A DNA stretch of 64,000 bases from Protoeuglena noctilucae (GCA_958009085.1 OY253692.1:1-64000), one strand, 5' to 3'; counted from the stretch's first letter, positions 11,969-24,083 are shown. The notes: generated from the letters alone by a model not told the origin. Program-made: numbers and translations.

Positions 11969-12226
11969 TTTCTACTTTTATAAAAATCGAAAAAACTTAA
12001 TCTTTTTTTTACTTTAACTTTGTTGCATTGTTTAATTTATTTACAAACAAATTACAAACCTTCCAATATTTATAATAAAAGATTAACACAATAAGATTTT
12101 TTAACTAAAGATTTCAACCAAAAAGTCTATAATAAAACCTTCCGTATTATATTTTGGTAAGAAAGAAAATAAAAACCACAATACATGTTTTAAAAATAAA
12201 TTTGAGGCAAAAAAAATAATAATTCT

Positions 12227-13867
12227 ATGAAAATAGTTCAAAAAACTCGTAAATTTTTTTTTGATCAAATACTTAGTCAAATTCAAAACACACCTAAAAA
12301 AGTTAAAACGTTTTTAAATGTTTTTTCTTTTTATTCAAAAGAAAATCCTCGAATTTTTGAAATTCTTCAAAAAATAAAAAATAATCCTGAAATTTTTCGA
12401 ACACGATATGGCTTACTGGAATCGATAATTATCGAGTTAAAAAATCAAAAAACGGTTTTGGTTTTTTTAAAAATTTTGCTCAATCTTTTATGTTTTTCCT
12501 TTTGGATTAAATATTTTGATTCAGAGCTTAGCGAAAAAACGAAAAAAAAAATTAAAGAAAAAATAAAATCAACAATAAGTTTTAGTCCGAAAGATTTAGC
12601 CAATCAATACGAAGTATTATATTCTTATATTGATGATTTAAATTTTTTATCTAAAACTTTTTTATTGACTAAAAAGAATTCTAGTCAAAGAGTCGAGAAT
12701 TTAATTCTCGATCAAAACTTAGATATAGTCAATTCTATAATTGAAAAAAAAATTCAAGAAGATAATTATATTATCGGAATCTTGTTATGTAATCTTTATT
12801 ATCTAGAAATTGAAAATTTAATTTTTTATTTTGAAAATTTTCAAAATAAAAAATTAGACAATTCACCAGTCGAATATCGACAGACACTCTTGATTCCAAG
12901 GTCTATTCCAAGAACAATTGAACGTTTTTTTGATGAACTTCAATTAACTGCGGAAGATCGTTATTTAAGTGAATTTAAAATCTCACGTCAACAAATTTGG
13001 ACTTCTTTTCGATCTTTGGGTTTATTCATATTTTTTCCTTTATTTTTTACACAACTAGTTAAAAGTACTATAATAACACCGGTTATTGCCTATTCCTGGA
13101 ATACTTATAGCAGTGATTTTTTTATTAATTATCAACAAGAAGAAAGGGCATTGAAAGATTTACAAAATTTTGAAGATATACTTTATTTTGAACAATTAGT
13201 ACGTGTTTTTGATGGATCAGAAGAGCTTCTTGGACATTCTAATTTTCCAGAAGACAATATCTCTTTTTACCAAGAAATCGCAAATCCAATTTTAGTTCCG
13301 GTTACAAAAAACTCAATAGCTAATTTGGGAGACAAAGACATCGAATCTTTATCGACTTCTGTTGATTATTTAAAAAAAAATAAAATTATAGGAGAAGAAA
13401 TCTTGTTCGATAGAACGAAAAACCCTTGTAAATCTATACTTGAATCACAAATGTTACGTATTGCAAATAGATATAATCAAGAAAGTATCGAACTAATTTG
13501 TAATTTAATTGGAGATCTTACAACTTTAATCGTTTTATTAATTTTAGTTACAACATTTCAAAAAGAGGTTTTAATATTAAAAGCGTTTGTTAGTGAAATT
13601 TTATACAGTTTAAGCGACACAACAAAATCTTTTTTCATTATTTTGTTAACAGATTTATTAGTCGGTTTTCATTCACCAAAAGGTTGGGAAATTTTAATTC
13701 AATTCTTACTAAATCATTTTGCTTTACCTCAAAATGAAGATTTTGTTTTTTTATGTGTTGCAACTTTTCCTGTTTTACTTGATACAGCTTTTAAGTATTG
13801 GATTTTTCGATATCTCAATCGTTTATCACCTTCAACAGTTGTTACTTATCATAATATGATTGAATAA
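12227..13867 (+). CDS. cemA: Chloroplast envelope membrane protein CemA (long form)
   Basis: C-terminal YSLSDTTKSF..ILLTDLLVGFHSPKGWE...FPVLLDTAFKYWIFRYLNRLSPS; start uncertain. Confidence 0.93.
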   Translation: MKIVQKTRKFFFDQILSQIQNTPKKVKTFLNVFSFYSKENPRIFEILQKIKNNPEIFRTRYGLLESIIIELKNQKTVLVFLKILLNLLCFSFWIKYFDSELSEKTKKKIKEKIKSTISFSPKDLANQYEVLYSYIDDLNFLSKTFLLTKKNSSQRVENLILDQNLDIVNSIIEKKIQEDNYIIGILLCNLYYLEIENLIFYFENFQNKKLDNSPVEYRQTLLIPRSIPRTIERFFDELQLTAEDRYLSEFKISRQQIWTSFRSLGLFIFFPLFFTQLVKSTIITPVIAYSWNTYSSDFFINYQQEERALKDLQNFEDILYFEQLVRVFDGSEELLGHSNFPEDNISFYQEIANPILVPVTKNSIANLGDKDIESLSTSVDYLKKNKIIGEEILFDRTKNPCKSILESQMLRIANRYNQESIELICNLIGDLTTLIVLLILVTTFQKEVLILKAFVSEILYSLSDTTKSFFIILLTDLLVGFHSPKGWEILIQFLLNHFALPQNEDFVFLCVATFPVLLDTAFKYWIFRYLNRLSPSTVVTYHNMIE

Positions 13868-14177
13868 AAAAAAAACTTTTGTTTACTTTTTTATACTACA
13901 AAAAAATACTTTTTTTTGTATTTTTAAAGAAGTAGGTATTATTTATATTCTTTACAATTCAAAAGTTTTTAAAACCTGATCAAATACCAAATATTCTAGG
14001 ATTTTAGTACAAACTTAGGCAAAGTCAAATCATTATTAGTAAACCTCAGCTTTGAAAGCTCTAGGTCTAAAAAAAGGAATAAGGAAATAAAGTTCGATTT
14101 TGCCTCGATTTTCTTTAGATTAAAGAATATGCCTTTTTTATTTTATTATTTAGTTTTTCCTAAAAGGAGATTTTTTT

Positions 14178-14462
14178 ATGATGATAGATTTAGTGAAGCG
14201 TCCCGTATTAACAGAAAAATCTGTTCGCTTAATTGAAAATAACCAATATACTTTTGATGTCGATGTTAAAATGACAAAACATGATATAAAAAAAATGGTC
14301 GAAGCTATTTTTAATGTTCATGTAATAGCAATAAATACACATCGTCCACCTAGACAAAAACGCCGTTTAGGAATATATCAAGGTTATAAAAACAAATATA
14401 AAAGAGCAATCATAACAATTAAAACAGGACAAAGTATTAATATTTTGACAAATGAAAATTAA
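14178..14462 (+). CDS. rpl23: Ribosomal protein L23
   Basis: PVLTEKS...NQYTFDVD...YKRAIIT; AGGAG SD. Confidence 0.97.
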   Translation: MMIDLVKRPVLTEKSVRLIENNQYTFDVDVKMTKHDIKKMVEAIFNVHVIAINTHRPPRQKRRLGIYQGYKNKYKRAIITIKTGQSINILTNEN

Positions 14463-14623
14463 AAAAAAAAAAAATGTAATTTGATTCCGTCGAGTTCTGA
14501 AAAATTCATCAAAAGTTTTGATAAAGTTTCTTTTTTAGATCCATAAGATTTTTTTTAATTTTTTAACTATAATATTAAAACGTCCGTTAGTAAAAAAAAA
14601 ACAATTTATTTTACATAAAATTT

Positions 14624-15451
14624 ATGGGTATTAGATTATATCGTTCGTATACGCCTGCGACAAGAAATCGTTCAATTTTCGATTTTAATGAAATAACAAC
14701 AGCTGTTCCAGAAGCTACATTAGTGAAATCGTATCATCGTTCAAAAGGTAGAAATAATCGAGGTATTATTACAGCCCGTCATCGAGGGGGTGGTCACAAA
14801 AGATTATATCGAATGATTGATTTTTCTCGAAATAAGATAGGCATCTTAGCAAAAGTTATTAGTATTGAATATGATCCGAATCGAAATGCAAGAATATGTC
14901 TTTTACATTATCAGGATGGCTCGAAAAGCTATATTTTACATCCGCGTAACTTAAATGTTGGAATGGATGTAATTTCGGATTTTTATGCTCCTATTAGTGT
15001 AGGTAACCATATGCCACTTTGTAACATGCCTTTAGGCACCGAAGTACATAATATTGAAATAGAACCACGATCCGGTGGAAAAATTAGTCGTGCAGCAGGA
15101 ACGTTTGCACAGGTTGTTGCTAAAGAAGGTGACTATATTACTTTAAAATTAGCTTCAGGAGAAATTCGATTAGTCCATAAAAATTGTTGGGCTACGATTG
15201 GTCAAGTTGGAAATGTTGAAGCTATTAATATTCGATCAGGAAAAGCGGGTCGCACACGCTGGTTAGGCCGTCGACCTCATGTACGTGGTAGTGTAATGAA
15301 TCCTTGTGATCATCCTCATGGTGGTGGAGAAGGACGTGCCCCGATTGGCCGTTCCCATCCAGTAAGCCCATGGGGAAAACCTGCTTTAGGTCAAAAAACA
15401 CGAAATAAAAAACGTTATAGCAATAGTCTGATTCTAAAACGACGTCGTTAA
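14624..15451 (+). CDS. rpl2: Ribosomal protein L2
   Basis: [18 protein letters not shown]...EYDPNR...[13 protein letters not shown]. Confidence 0.99.
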   Translation: MGIRLYRSYTPATRNRSIFDFNEITTAVPEATLVKSYHRSKGRNNRGIITARHRGGGHKRLYRMIDFSRNKIGILAKVISIEYDPNRNARICLLHYQDGSKSYILHPRNLNVGMDVISDFYAPISVGNHMPLCNMPLGTEVHNIEIEPRSGGKISRAAGTFAQVVAKEGDYITLKLASGEIRLVHKNCWATIGQVGNVEAINIRSGKAGRTRWLGRRPHVRGSVMNPCDHPHGGGEGRAPIGRSHPVSPWGKPALGQKTRNKKRYSNSLILKRRR

Positions 15452-15677
15452 AAAAAAACAAAGATTTGTTTAAATCATCAAATACTTCTTATCAGTATTT
15501 GATGATTGCTTTGTTTTGATAAGACTTACTTTTTTCTTTTTTGAACCTTTATTAGTATACAAAAGTTTTTTACGTTGACTTTCTAGGGCAAAAGCTAACG
15601 TTCAAAAAAGTTAAGTTATTGTAAAAATCAAAAATTTATTCATTCACGAAAAAAAAAAAAACAGATGGAGAGTTAAA

Positions 15678-15956
15678 ATGCCACGTTCATTAAAAAAAGG
15701 ACCGTTTGTTGCTACGCATTTATTAAAAAAATTATTAACGTTAAATGAAAAAGGGCAGAAAAAAATAATTACAACATGGTCACGTTCTTCTACAATTGTT
15801 CCTATTATGATAGGCCATACTATAGCAGTACATAATGGTCGTGAACATATTCCAATTTTTATTACTGACCAAATGGTTGGTCATAAATTAGGTGAATTCG
15901 CACCAACACGAACTTTTCGAGGTCATGTGAAAAAAGACAAAAAAGCGAAACGTTAA
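15678..15956 (+). CDS. rps19: Ribosomal protein S19
   Basis: [11 protein letters not shown]...HNGREH...[11 protein letters not shown]. Confidence 0.99.
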   Translation: MPRSLKKGPFVATHLLKKLLTLNEKGQKKIITTWSRSSTIVPIMIGHTIAVHNGREHIPIFITDQMVGHKLGEFAPTRTFRGHVKKDKKAKR

Positions 15957-16039
15957 TTATTTCCTTATCTTTCTTTTTATCGAAAAAAAATATATATAAA
16001 GAAAAATAAAAGAATTTTTAGAAAAAAAACAAAATTATT

Positions 16040-16738
16040 ATGGGACAAAAAGTACATCCATTAGGTCTTCGTCTTGGTATTACACAAGAGCATCGTTCAA
16101 AATGGTATTCTAGTCAAAAAAATTATGCCAACTTAGTATTAGAAGATTTTTATATTCGTAATTTTCTTCAAAAAACATATAAAGAATCAGGAATAGTTGA
16201 TATAACAATTGATAGAAAACTAGATCAAGTTCAAATCACAATTAAAGCAGTACGCCCTGGCTTATTTTTAGGTAAAAATAATGAAAACTTAGAAAAATTA
16301 CGTTATAAACTAGAGCAGAAATTATATAGTTTTAGAAATCGCTCTTTAAAAAAATCACAATATGCGAGCTTATTTGTAAATACTGTACGTAAAACAAAGC
16401 CACAAGTTGCTGTGTTTGTCAGTGAATTGACAAATCCAAATATGGAAGCTGGCTATCTCGCTGATTATATCGTCGAGCAATTAGAAAAACGTGTTCCCTT
16501 TAGACGTGCAATGAGACAAGCAATTCAACGAATCCAAAGAGCTAAAATTCCAGGTGTAAAAATAGAAATTTCTGGTAGATTAAACGGAGCTGAAATTGCA
16601 AGAACAGAATGGGTTAGAGAAGGTCGCGTTCCTTTACAAACACTTCGTGCTGATATTGATTACTCTTATAAAACTGCTCAAACAATTTATGGTATTTTAG
16701 GTGTTAAGGTTTGGCTTTTTAGAGGTGAAATTGTTTAA
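16040..16738 (+). CDS. rps3: Ribosomal protein S3
   Basis: [13 protein letters not shown]...[23 protein letters not shown]. Confidence 0.98.
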   Translation: MGQKVHPLGLRLGITQEHRSKWYSSQKNYANLVLEDFYIRNFLQKTYKESGIVDITIDRKLDQVQITIKAVRPGLFLGKNNENLEKLRYKLEQKLYSFRNRSLKKSQYASLFVNTVRKTKPQVAVFVSELTNPNMEAGYLADYIVEQLEKRVPFRRAMRQAIQRIQRAKIPGVKIEISGRLNGAEIARTEWVREGRVPLQTLRADIDYSYKTAQTIYGILGVKVWLFRGEIV

Positions 16739-16943
16739 AAAAATATTTTTCTAAAAAAATTTAGTTCCAGCCAAAGATTGTTTGCGTGATATTTAATATT
16801 AAAAAAAAACGCAATGGGTTAATCTATTCTTTTTTAGCAAAAGAAAAAAGAAAACCCAAAACTTTAACTTGCCAAAACCTGAATATTTTTTCAGGAAAAT
16901 CCTAAAAACTTTTTTATTTTTTTTCAAAAAAAAGGAGATTTTT

Positions 16944-17348
16944 ATGTTAAGCCCAAAAAGAACAAAATATAGAAAACCACATAGAGGCGGGTTTAGTGGA
17001 AAAGCTTCTCGTGGTATTACACTATCATATGGAGATTTCGGATTACAAGCTCTAGAACCACATTGGTTAACTTCTCGACAAATTGAAGCTGGAAGACGAG
17101 TATTAACTCGTTATGTAAAAAAAACAGGTAAATTATGGATTCGTGTTTTTCCAGATAAAGCAATCACTGCTCGACCTGCCGACACGCGAATGGGTTCAGG
17201 AAAAGGTGCACCAGAATATTGGGCAGCTGTCATTAAACCTGGAAGAATTATTTATGAAATTCAAGGAATTCCGGAACAAGTAGCTAGAGAAGCTTTTCGA
17301 ATTGCATCTTATAAAATGCCATTTAAAACAAAATATGTACAAAAATAA
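16944..17348 (+). CDS. rpl16: Ribosomal protein L16 (start at ATG 16944)
   Basis: [11 protein letters not shown] after an [19 protein letters not shown]. Confidence 0.97.
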   Translation: MLSPKRTKYRKPHRGGFSGKASRGITLSYGDFGLQALEPHWLTSRQIEAGRRVLTRYVKKTGKLWIRVFPDKAITARPADTRMGSGKGAPEYWAAVIKPGRIIYEIQGIPEQVAREAFRIASYKMPFKTKYVQK

Positions 17349-17360
17349 TTGTAATAATAT

Positions 17361-17720
17361 ATGATTCAACCACAAACTTTTTTAAACGTTGCCGATAATA
17401 CCGGTGCAAAAGAATTGATGTGCATTCAAATTTTAGGAAAACAAAGTGCGAACATAGGTGATATTATAGTAGCGGTGGTAAAAGAGTCTTTACCAAATAT
17501 GCCTATAAAAAAATCTGATAAAGTCCGAGCAGTTATCGTCAGAACAAAACGTGGTGTCAAAAGAGAAAATGGAACTCTTATTCGTTTTGATTATAATGCA
17601 GCTGTTATTATAAATAAAGATGGGAATCCAAGAGGAACGCGGGTTTTTGGACCTGTAGCTCGAGAACTTCGAGATAAAAATTTTACAAAAATAATTTCAT
17701 TAGCTCCAGAAGTTTTATAA
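17361..17720 (+). CDS. rpl14: Ribosomal protein L14
   Basis: [15 protein letters not shown]...[13 protein letters not shown]...SLAPEVL. Confidence 0.99.
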   Translation: MIQPQTFLNVADNTGAKELMCIQILGKQSANIGDIIVAVVKESLPNMPIKKSDKVRAVIVRTKRGVKRENGTLIRFDYNAAVIINKDGNPRGTRVFGPVARELRDKNFTKIISLAPEVL

Positions 17721-18048
17721 ATGTAATATTCTTTTCCTCATACTTCGTATAGGTAACATCGAAACAAATTATGTTTTGGTTATAAAAAAAATTACTTTTA
17801 TTATACAAATTAGAAAAAGTTTTTTTTGAATATTAAAATCGAGTAAAAGTTGTGTTTTTTCTAACTTGGTTTAAATTCAGAATCAAAACTTCTAAAAAAG
17901 TACTTTTAAATTATTAAATTTCCAATAACAATACAATTGATCAAATTTTTTAGCGAGAGAGTTAAACAATATTAATGAATTATTATATATTTTTTTTCTT
18001 ATTTTTTAAAAGTACCAAAACCGTAACAACAATCGTATAAAAAATTAT

Positions 18049-18591
18049 ATGACTCAACGATTAAAACAATATTATTTAGAAAAAGTAATTCCTTATTTAA
18101 AAAAAAATTTAAATTTAAAAAATATTCATGAAGTCCCAGAAGTAAAAAAAATTGTTATAAATCGTGGTATAGGTGAAGCAGCTCAAAACACGAAATTTTT
18201 AGATTCTTCTTTTCAAGAATTAAGCTTAATTGCTGGGCAGCGAGGAATTATAAAACGTTCAAAAAAAGCCATAGCAGGATTTAAAGTTCGAGAAAAAATG
18301 CCTATTGGTGTTAGTGTAACTTTACGTGGAGATCGAATGTATGCTTTTCTCGATCGTTTAGTAAATTTAGCTTTACCACGTATTAGAGATTTTCAAGGTA
18401 TAAATTTAAAAAGTTTTGATGGTCATGGAAATTATAGTATCGGTTTAGATGAACAACTTATGTTTCCTGAAATTGATTACGATAAAATTGATCAAATCAC
18501 TGGTATGGATATTTCTATTGTCACGAGTGCAAAAACGGATCACGAAGCAAAACTTTTATTAGAATCTTTAGGAATGCCTTTTCAAAAATAA
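18049..18591 (+). CDS. rpl5: Ribosomal protein L5
   Basis: KIVINRGIG...[13 protein letters not shown]...LPRIRDFQG...FPEI. Confidence 0.98.
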   Translation: MTQRLKQYYLEKVIPYLKKNLNLKNIHEVPEVKKIVINRGIGEAAQNTKFLDSSFQELSLIAGQRGIIKRSKKAIAGFKVREKMPIGVSVTLRGDRMYAFLDRLVNLALPRIRDFQGINLKSFDGHGNYSIGLDEQLMFPEIDYDKIDQITGMDISIVTSAKTDHEAKLLLESLGMPFQK

Positions 18592-18614
18592 AAAAAACTA
18601 AAAAAACTAGATTT

Positions 18615-19016
18615 ATGGTAAGTGATACAATTAGTGATTTCTTAACACGTATTCGTAATGCTACTTTAGTGAAGACACAACGAGTTAGTGTACCAGTAAC
18701 AAAAAGTAATGTTAAATTAGCACAAATTTTAAAAAGAGAAGGTTTTATTGAATCTTTTACTATTCAAGAATTAAATACAGAAATATCTGACTTAATTATT
18801 AAATTAAAGTACAAAGGACGTGATCAAAAACCTTGTATTACAAATCTAAAACGAATAAGCAAGCCTGGTCGTAGAATCTATTGTTCTTCAAAAGATTTAC
18901 CAAAAATTTTAGGTGGTATGGGAGTTTTAATTATATCCACTTCTGAGGGTATTTTAACCGATCGTGAAGCCCGAGCAAAAAATAAAGGCGGTGAGCTTAT
19001 TTGTTCTGTTTGGTAA
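18615..19016 (+). CDS. rps8: Ribosomal protein S8
   Basis: DTISDFLTRIRNA...RISKPGRRIY...GGELICSVW. Confidence 0.98.
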   Translation: MVSDTISDFLTRIRNATLVKTQRVSVPVTKSNVKLAQILKREGFIESFTIQELNTEISDLIIKLKYKGRDQKPCITNLKRISKPGRRIYCSSKDLPKILGGMGVLIISTSEGILTDREARAKNKGGELICSVW

Positions 19017-19094
19017 TTTAGTTACCTAAATTTCATTTAGGTCAGTAAAAAAATAAAAATTTATAAAACTATAATTATTTAGGAGAAACATAAT

Positions 19095-19322
19095 TTGAAT
19101 CTATCGAAACAAGATCTTATTGAAATGCAAGGTGTAATTACACAATGTTTATCGAATGGAATGTTTCGAGTAAAATTAGAAAATGGGTTTCAAGTATTAG
19201 CTCATATTTCGGGAAAAATTAGACGTAATTCTATTAAAATTGTTCTGGGCGATTGTGTTATTGTCGAATTAAGTCCATATGATTTAACTCGAGGCCGTAT
19301 TGTCTACCGAAGTAAAAAATAA
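19095..19322 (+). CDS. infA: Translation initiation factor 1 (probable TTG start)
   Basis: [16 protein letters not shown]...HISGKIR...[17 protein letters not shown] 9 nt before TTG. Confidence 0.95.
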   Translation: MNLSKQDLIEMQGVITQCLSNGMFRVKLENGFQVLAHISGKIRRNSIKIVLGDCVIVELSPYDLTRGRIVYRSKK

Positions 19323-19604
19323 AACCGGTTTCTTCATTAGAACTCAAATAAAATTACTCAAGAAAATTAATTTTTTTATAACATAGCAAGCAATTTAGAA
19401 AACAATTTTACTCGAACAAGGTTGGATTTCTGTACCTTTTTGGTACCGAAAGCTATTTCGGTAAGAAAAGGTTTATAGAACCTTCCTTCTATTAATCTTT
19501 TAGTTTCGATAAGAATATTCGTATTTATAGTACTTTTTTATTTGAAAAAATAAAAAAAGTCTTGTATATATTTAATAGAAAAAAATAAAAAAAGGTAAAG
19601 ATTT

Positions 19605-19718
19605 ATGAAAGTACGATCTTCTGTCAAAAAAATTTGTGCTAAATGTCGTTTGATAAAACGCGGACAAAAAATTTTAGTCATTTGTACAAATCCAAAACAC
19701 AAACAATGTCAGGGATAA
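19605..19718 (+). CDS. rpl36: Ribosomal protein L36 (37 aa, not in the ORF track)
   Basis: Hand translation [37 protein letters not shown]. Confidence 0.96.
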   Translation: MKVRSSVKKICAKCRLIKRGQKILVICTNPKHKQCQG

Positions 19719-19901
19719 AAAAATTACAATTTAACTAAATTTGTTTCGGTTTTTTATATTAACTAACTTTATGTTCGAAAACCGAAGCTAGATTTTGTCT
19801 GAGGATTGGTAACCGAAACACCTTTTTGGGATAAGCTCTCATTAATTTCGGTAACTATAGATAACTCCATTTTAAAATAAATTAGCGAAAAACTTATTTA
19901 T

Positions 19902-20294
19902 ATGGCTAAACAAGTAAAAAAAATCATATCTCGTCGAGTAAAGAAAAAAATTCCTCGCGGTATCGTAAATATTCAAGCATCTTTTAATAATACTATAATT
20001 ACAGTAAGTGCACCCAACGGCGATGTGATCGCATGGTCTTCGGCTGGAGCTTGCGGATTTAAAGGAGCTCGCAAAGGAACACCTTTTGCGGCAAAGACAG
20101 CAGCTGAAACAGCAGCTAAAATTTCAATGGAAAATGGATTAAAAGAAGCTCATGTTTTTGTTAAAGGACCTGGTCCGGGTCGAGAAACTGCTATTCGTGG
20201 TTTACAAGAAGCCGGTCTTTTTATAACCTTAATACGGGACATTACATCGATTCCTCATAATGGTTGTCGTCCACCTAAAAAACGTCGTATTTAA
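19902..20294 (+). CDS. rps11: Ribosomal protein S11
   Basis: ASFNNTIIT...[13 protein letters not shown]...[12 protein letters not shown]. Confidence 0.99.
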   Translation: MAKQVKKIISRRVKKKIPRGIVNIQASFNNTIITVSAPNGDVIAWSSAGACGFKGARKGTPFAAKTAAETAAKISMENGLKEAHVFVKGPGPGRETAIRGLQEAGLFITLIRDITSIPHNGCRPPKKRRI

Positions 20295-20299
20295 TTTTT

Positions 20300-21478
20300 A
20301 TGATCCAAAATCCACTAATTCTCTGTATTGAATCTCGTATTGATAAGCTAACATCATTCTATGCTCGTTTTCAAATAGGACCTCTTACTCAAGGTCACGG
20401 GTTGACAATTGGAAATGCTTTAAGACGTATTTTATTATCTGAATTACCAAATCTTTCGATCATTGCAGTGAAAATTAAAACTCCAAAAAGTGGATTAATT
20501 CCTCATGAATATTCTTCTATAGAAGGTATTCGAGAGTCAACTTTAGATATCTTATTAAATTTAAAGCAAATAAGTTTTCAAAATAATTTAGATAGTTCAT
20601 CCTTTTCCTTAGGGTCTTTTGTTGATAAAGATTTAGAAGAACCTATTTTAGGTTTTCTTAAAGAAAAAGGACCTAAAATAATTAGGGCTAAAGATATTAA
20701 ACTTACTAAAAACATTGCTTTAGTGGACCCAAATCAATACATTTGTAAACTAAATGAAAATGGAAATCTAGATATGGATTTTCTTCTAGGTTATGGAAAA
20801 AATGGAAAAGCTTATATCAATCTTTTTAAACCTGAGTCTGGTTTATTTTTTTTAGAACCAACCTTTAATCCAATTTTGGATATAAACTATAAAATTGATT
20901 CTACGAATTCTCTGAGCTCAAATGAATTTATTTTTTTGGATATTGTTACAAACGGTAGTTTACATCCATTAGAATGTTTAAAAATTGCAGTATTTAGATT
21001 GCAAACTATTGTAATGTCCTTACGTTTTAATCCATTAACAGGGTTTTTTCTAGATAGTAATTTTTCAAATTTAAAAATCGAGGACAATAAAAATATTTCT
21101 GATTCCTATAATTCCTTTTTTGCTGACTTTTTTGATAAAAACCAAAAAGAAAATTTAAAAAAGAATGATCAAATTTCTGTTAAAAAAGGGGAAATAGGTT
21201 TTGAAAATACTGATCTTTCTACAAAAAGTTACGCTGATTTTAACCTTTTAGGCAAAACAATAAGCTTTACAAATTCTTTTAAAAAAAGGATTTGTTCATT
21301 AGATATAACAAATTTACCGTTAACTTTAGACACATATTTAGATTTAAAATTTCAAAAACTGGATACTCTTGGTGATTTAATTTTTTTAAATAAAAAAAAT
21401 AATTCCCAAAAATTAAAAGAAAAAACTTTAAAAGAATTAGAAAAACTTTTAGAACAATATGGTCTCAATTCTTTATAA
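20300..21478 (+). CDS. rpoA: Plastid RNA polymerase alpha subunit
   Basis: GPL..GHGLTIGNALRRILLS; HEYSSIEGIRES.LDILLNLK; TNGSLHP; follows rps11. Confidence 0.95.
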   Translation: MIQNPLILCIESRIDKLTSFYARFQIGPLTQGHGLTIGNALRRILLSELPNLSIIAVKIKTPKSGLIPHEYSSIEGIRESTLDILLNLKQISFQNNLDSSSFSLGSFVDKDLEEPILGFLKEKGPKIIRAKDIKLTKNIALVDPNQYICKLNENGNLDMDFLLGYGKNGKAYINLFKPESGLFFLEPTFNPILDINYKIDSTNSLSSNEFIFLDIVTNGSLHPLECLKIAVFRLQTIVMSLRFNPLTGFFLDSNFSNLKIEDNKNISDSYNSFFADFFDKNQKENLKKNDQISVKKGEIGFENTDLSTKSYADFNLLGKTISFTNSFKKRICSLDITNLPLTLDTYLDLKFQKLDTLGDLIFLNKKNNSQKLKEKTLKELEKLLEQYGLNSL

Positions 21479-21555
21479 CTTAAACCCAGTTTAGTTTAAA
21501 ATTTAATTTTGTTAAAGTAAAAAAGTAAAAAAATTTAAAAGAAAAGGAAATCTTT

Positions 21556-21948
21556 ATGAATAATATAATTTCTGCTATTGGTAGAAGAAAATCTGCCATT
21601 GCTAAAATAAAAATTATCCTAGGACAAGGTAAAATAATCATAAATAAACAAACGATCAATGATTATTTACAATCTAGTCCTTCGTTAATCCATATGATCC
21701 AAAAACCATTAGATATTGTCGGTGTGAATACCAACTATGATATTACTATACAAGTCCATGGCGGAGGAATTACAGGTCAAGCTAGTGCAATTCAATTAGG
21801 AATTTCTCGTGCTTTAGCTTCTATTGATTTAAGTTTTAGAGGAGTTTTAAAACCTAATAATTTACTTACAAGAGATGCTCGTGTGAAAGAACGCAGAAAA
21901 TACGGATTAAAAAAAGCAAGAAAAGCACCTCAATTCTCAAAACGTTAA
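21556..21948 (+). CDS. rps9: Ribosomal protein S9
   Basis: GRRKSA...GGGITGQ...ERRKYGLKKARKAPQFSKR. Confidence 0.98.
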   Translation: MNNIISAIGRRKSAIAKIKIILGQGKIIINKQTINDYLQSSPSLIHMIQKPLDIVGVNTNYDITIQVHGGGITGQASAIQLGISRALASIDLSFRGVLKPNNLLTRDARVKERRKYGLKKARKAPQFSKR

Positions 21949-22104
21949 AAGAATTTTTTTTGCTTTTATAACCTTTTAAATTTAAAGAAAATTTATCAAA
22001 AAAATTATAAAAAAGACTAAATTTTTGTTTTCTTATCGAGCAAGATTTAGTAAAACTTTGTTTAATGAAATTTTATATTCATAAAAAAAATAGATTTTCA
22101 AATT

Positions 22105-22497
22105 ATGTCCAATACTAACGAAATCATTGAAAAATTAAAAACATTAACATTATTAGAAGCTGCTGAATTAGTAACAAAAATTGAAGAAACATTTGGGGTA
22201 GATGCTTCCGCTCCAGTCGGCGGTGGAATGGTAATGATGGCAGCTTCCAATGGAGGCGGTAATAGTAATCCTGTAGAAGAAAAAACAAGTTTTGATGTCA
22301 TTTTAGAAGATGTAGATGCTGCTAAACGAGTGGCAGTATTAAAAGTTATTCGCAGTTTAACAAATTTAGGTTTAAAAGAGGCGAAAGATTTAACATCTTC
22401 GCTGCCTAAACCCGTTAAAGAAGGAATAACAAAAGAAGAAGCAGAAGCAGCTAAAAAAGAATTAGAGGAAGCTGGTGGTAAAGTAACAATTAAATAA
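22105..22497 (+). CDS. rpl12: Ribosomal protein L12 (L7/L12)
   Basis: [17 protein letters not shown]...EEKTSFDV...LGLKEAK...LEEAGG. Confidence 0.97.
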   Translation: MSNTNEIIEKLKTLTLLEAAELVTKIEETFGVDASAPVGGGMVMMAASNGGGNSNPVEEKTSFDVILEDVDAAKRVAVLKVIRSLTNLGLKEAKDLTSSLPKPVKEGITKEEAEAAKKELEEAGGKVTIK

Positions 22498-22500
22498 ATC

Positions 22501-22532
22501 TTTCTAGCTTGTTTTTAAAAACAAGCTAGAAA
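22501..22532. terminator. Perfect 32-bp palindrome between convergent rpl12 and petD
   Basis: TTTCTAGCTTGTTTTT|AAAAACAAGCTAGAAA. Confidence 0.7.
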
Positions 22533-22611
22533 AAAAGTAATTGGATGTTTTGTAATTTATTTCTTTTTTTTTTTTTAAGAAAGTGCTCAGTTAAAATTTT
22601 GTTTCAAAAAT

Positions 22612-23094
22612 TTAAAAAAGTCCTAACGTTAAAGAAATATCAATTGGTAAAGTAGCTCCAATTCCTAAATAAATAGCCACTACAGTGCCAAATAAGAATA
22701 TTGTTGTTGCGATTGGACGACGGAATGGGTTTTGAAATTTATTAATACTTTCAATAAATGGAACAGCCATTAATCCTAGTGGAATAGCTCCATTTAGTAA
22801 TACTCCTAATAGTTTATTAGGAATAATACGTAATAATTGAAAAGAAGGGTATAAATACCATTCTGGTAAAATTTCTAATGGTGTTGCAAAAGGATTCGCT
22901 GGTTCTCCGGAAGCAGAAGGATCTAATACGGATAATCCGATAATACAACAAAAAGTACCTAAAATACAAACTGGGAAAATATATAGTAAATCATTTGGCC
23001 ACGCCGGTTCACCGTAGTAGTTATGACCCATACCTTTCGCTAATTTAGCACGTAATACAGGATCAGAAAGATCTGGTTTTTTTATAACGCCCAT
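22612..23094 (-). CDS. petD: Cytochrome b6f subunit IV
   Basis: KKPDLSDP...[11 protein letters not shown]...PEWY. Confidence 0.99.
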   Translation of the reverse strand: MGVIKKPDLSDPVLRAKLAKGMGHNYYGEPAWPNDLLYIFPVCILGTFCCIIGLSVLDPSASGEPANPFATPLEILPEWYLYPSFQLLRIIPNKLLGVLLNGAIPLGLMAVPFIESINKFQNPFRRPIATTIFLFGTVVAIYLGIGATLPIDISLTLGLF

Positions 23095-23435
23095 AAAAAA
23101 TCTCCTATTAAAATTAAATTATTCATTTTGTTTTTGCTTTTTTTAATTCTAATTTTTATTAATCGTAACGTAAAAAAAATTTGGTATCAATTGTATAACC
23201 TAAATTTCATTTAGGTAAGCCGATTTCACCAAATTTGGCATGAATTTAAAGCATTTTTTTACAGAGCAAATTTTGTCTATGCTTTGACGGGTTATCTTAG
23301 GTTTCCTTTTTTCAGCCATATTTTCTACTTTAAATAATTAGTTTTAGTAAAAGCAAAAAATAATTATTCTATTTTCATTCTATTTTTGAAAAAAAAAATA
23401 TACAAATTATAGTTTTTCTGTTTTCTTCTATATTT

Positions 23436-24083
23436 TTATAGTGGTCCAGAAATTCCTTGTTTACGAATCATTAAGAAATGTATTAACATAAATACAGATG
23501 TTAATAATGGCATTACAAAAGTATGTAAACTATAAAAACGTGTTAATGTGCCTTGGCCTACACCTACACCGCCACGTAAAATTTCTACAAGACTAGGACC
23601 AACCACTGGAATAGCATCTGGAATTCCTGTAACAATTTTTACAGCCCAATAACCTACTTGGTCCCAAGGAAGAGAATACCCTGTTACACCAAAAGTACAT
23701 GTACAAATTGCCATAATAACACCAGTTACCCATGTTAATTCACGAGGTTTTTTGAATCCACCTGTTAAATAAACACGACATACATGTAGAATCATCATAA
23801 GAACCATCATACTAGCGGACCAACGATGAATTGAACGGATTAACCATCCAAAATTTACTTCAGTCATAATATATTGAACAGAAGCAAAAGCTTCTGCCAC
23901 AGTAGGTCTATAATAAAAAGTCATTGCAAAACCTGTTGCAACTTGTACTAAAAAACAAGTAAAAGTAATTCCTCCGATACAATAAAAGATATTTACATGA
24001 GGTGGTACATATTTACTTGATATGTCATCAGCAATAGCTTGAATTTCCAAGCGTTCTTGGAACCAATCATAAACTTTACTCAT
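23436..24083 (-). CDS. petB: Cytochrome b6
   Basis: 215 aa; MSKVYDWF...[11 protein letters not shown]...RKQGISGPL. Confidence 0.99.
   Translation of the reverse strand: MSKVYDWFQERLEIQAIADDISSKYVPPHVNIFYCIGGITFTCFLVQVATGFAMTFYYRPTVAEAFASVQYIMTEVNFGWLIRSIHRWSASMMVLMMILHVCRVYLTGGFKKPRELTWVTGVIMAICTCTFGVTGYSLPWDQVGYWAVKIVTGIPDAIPVVGPSLVEILRGGVGVGQGTLTRFYSLHTFVMPLLTSVFMLIHFLMIRKQGISGPL

Noticed and set aside
15957..16039. Absence of rpl22 between rps19 and rps3
   Set aside because: This is a common loss in chlorophyte plastomes and is not unusual.
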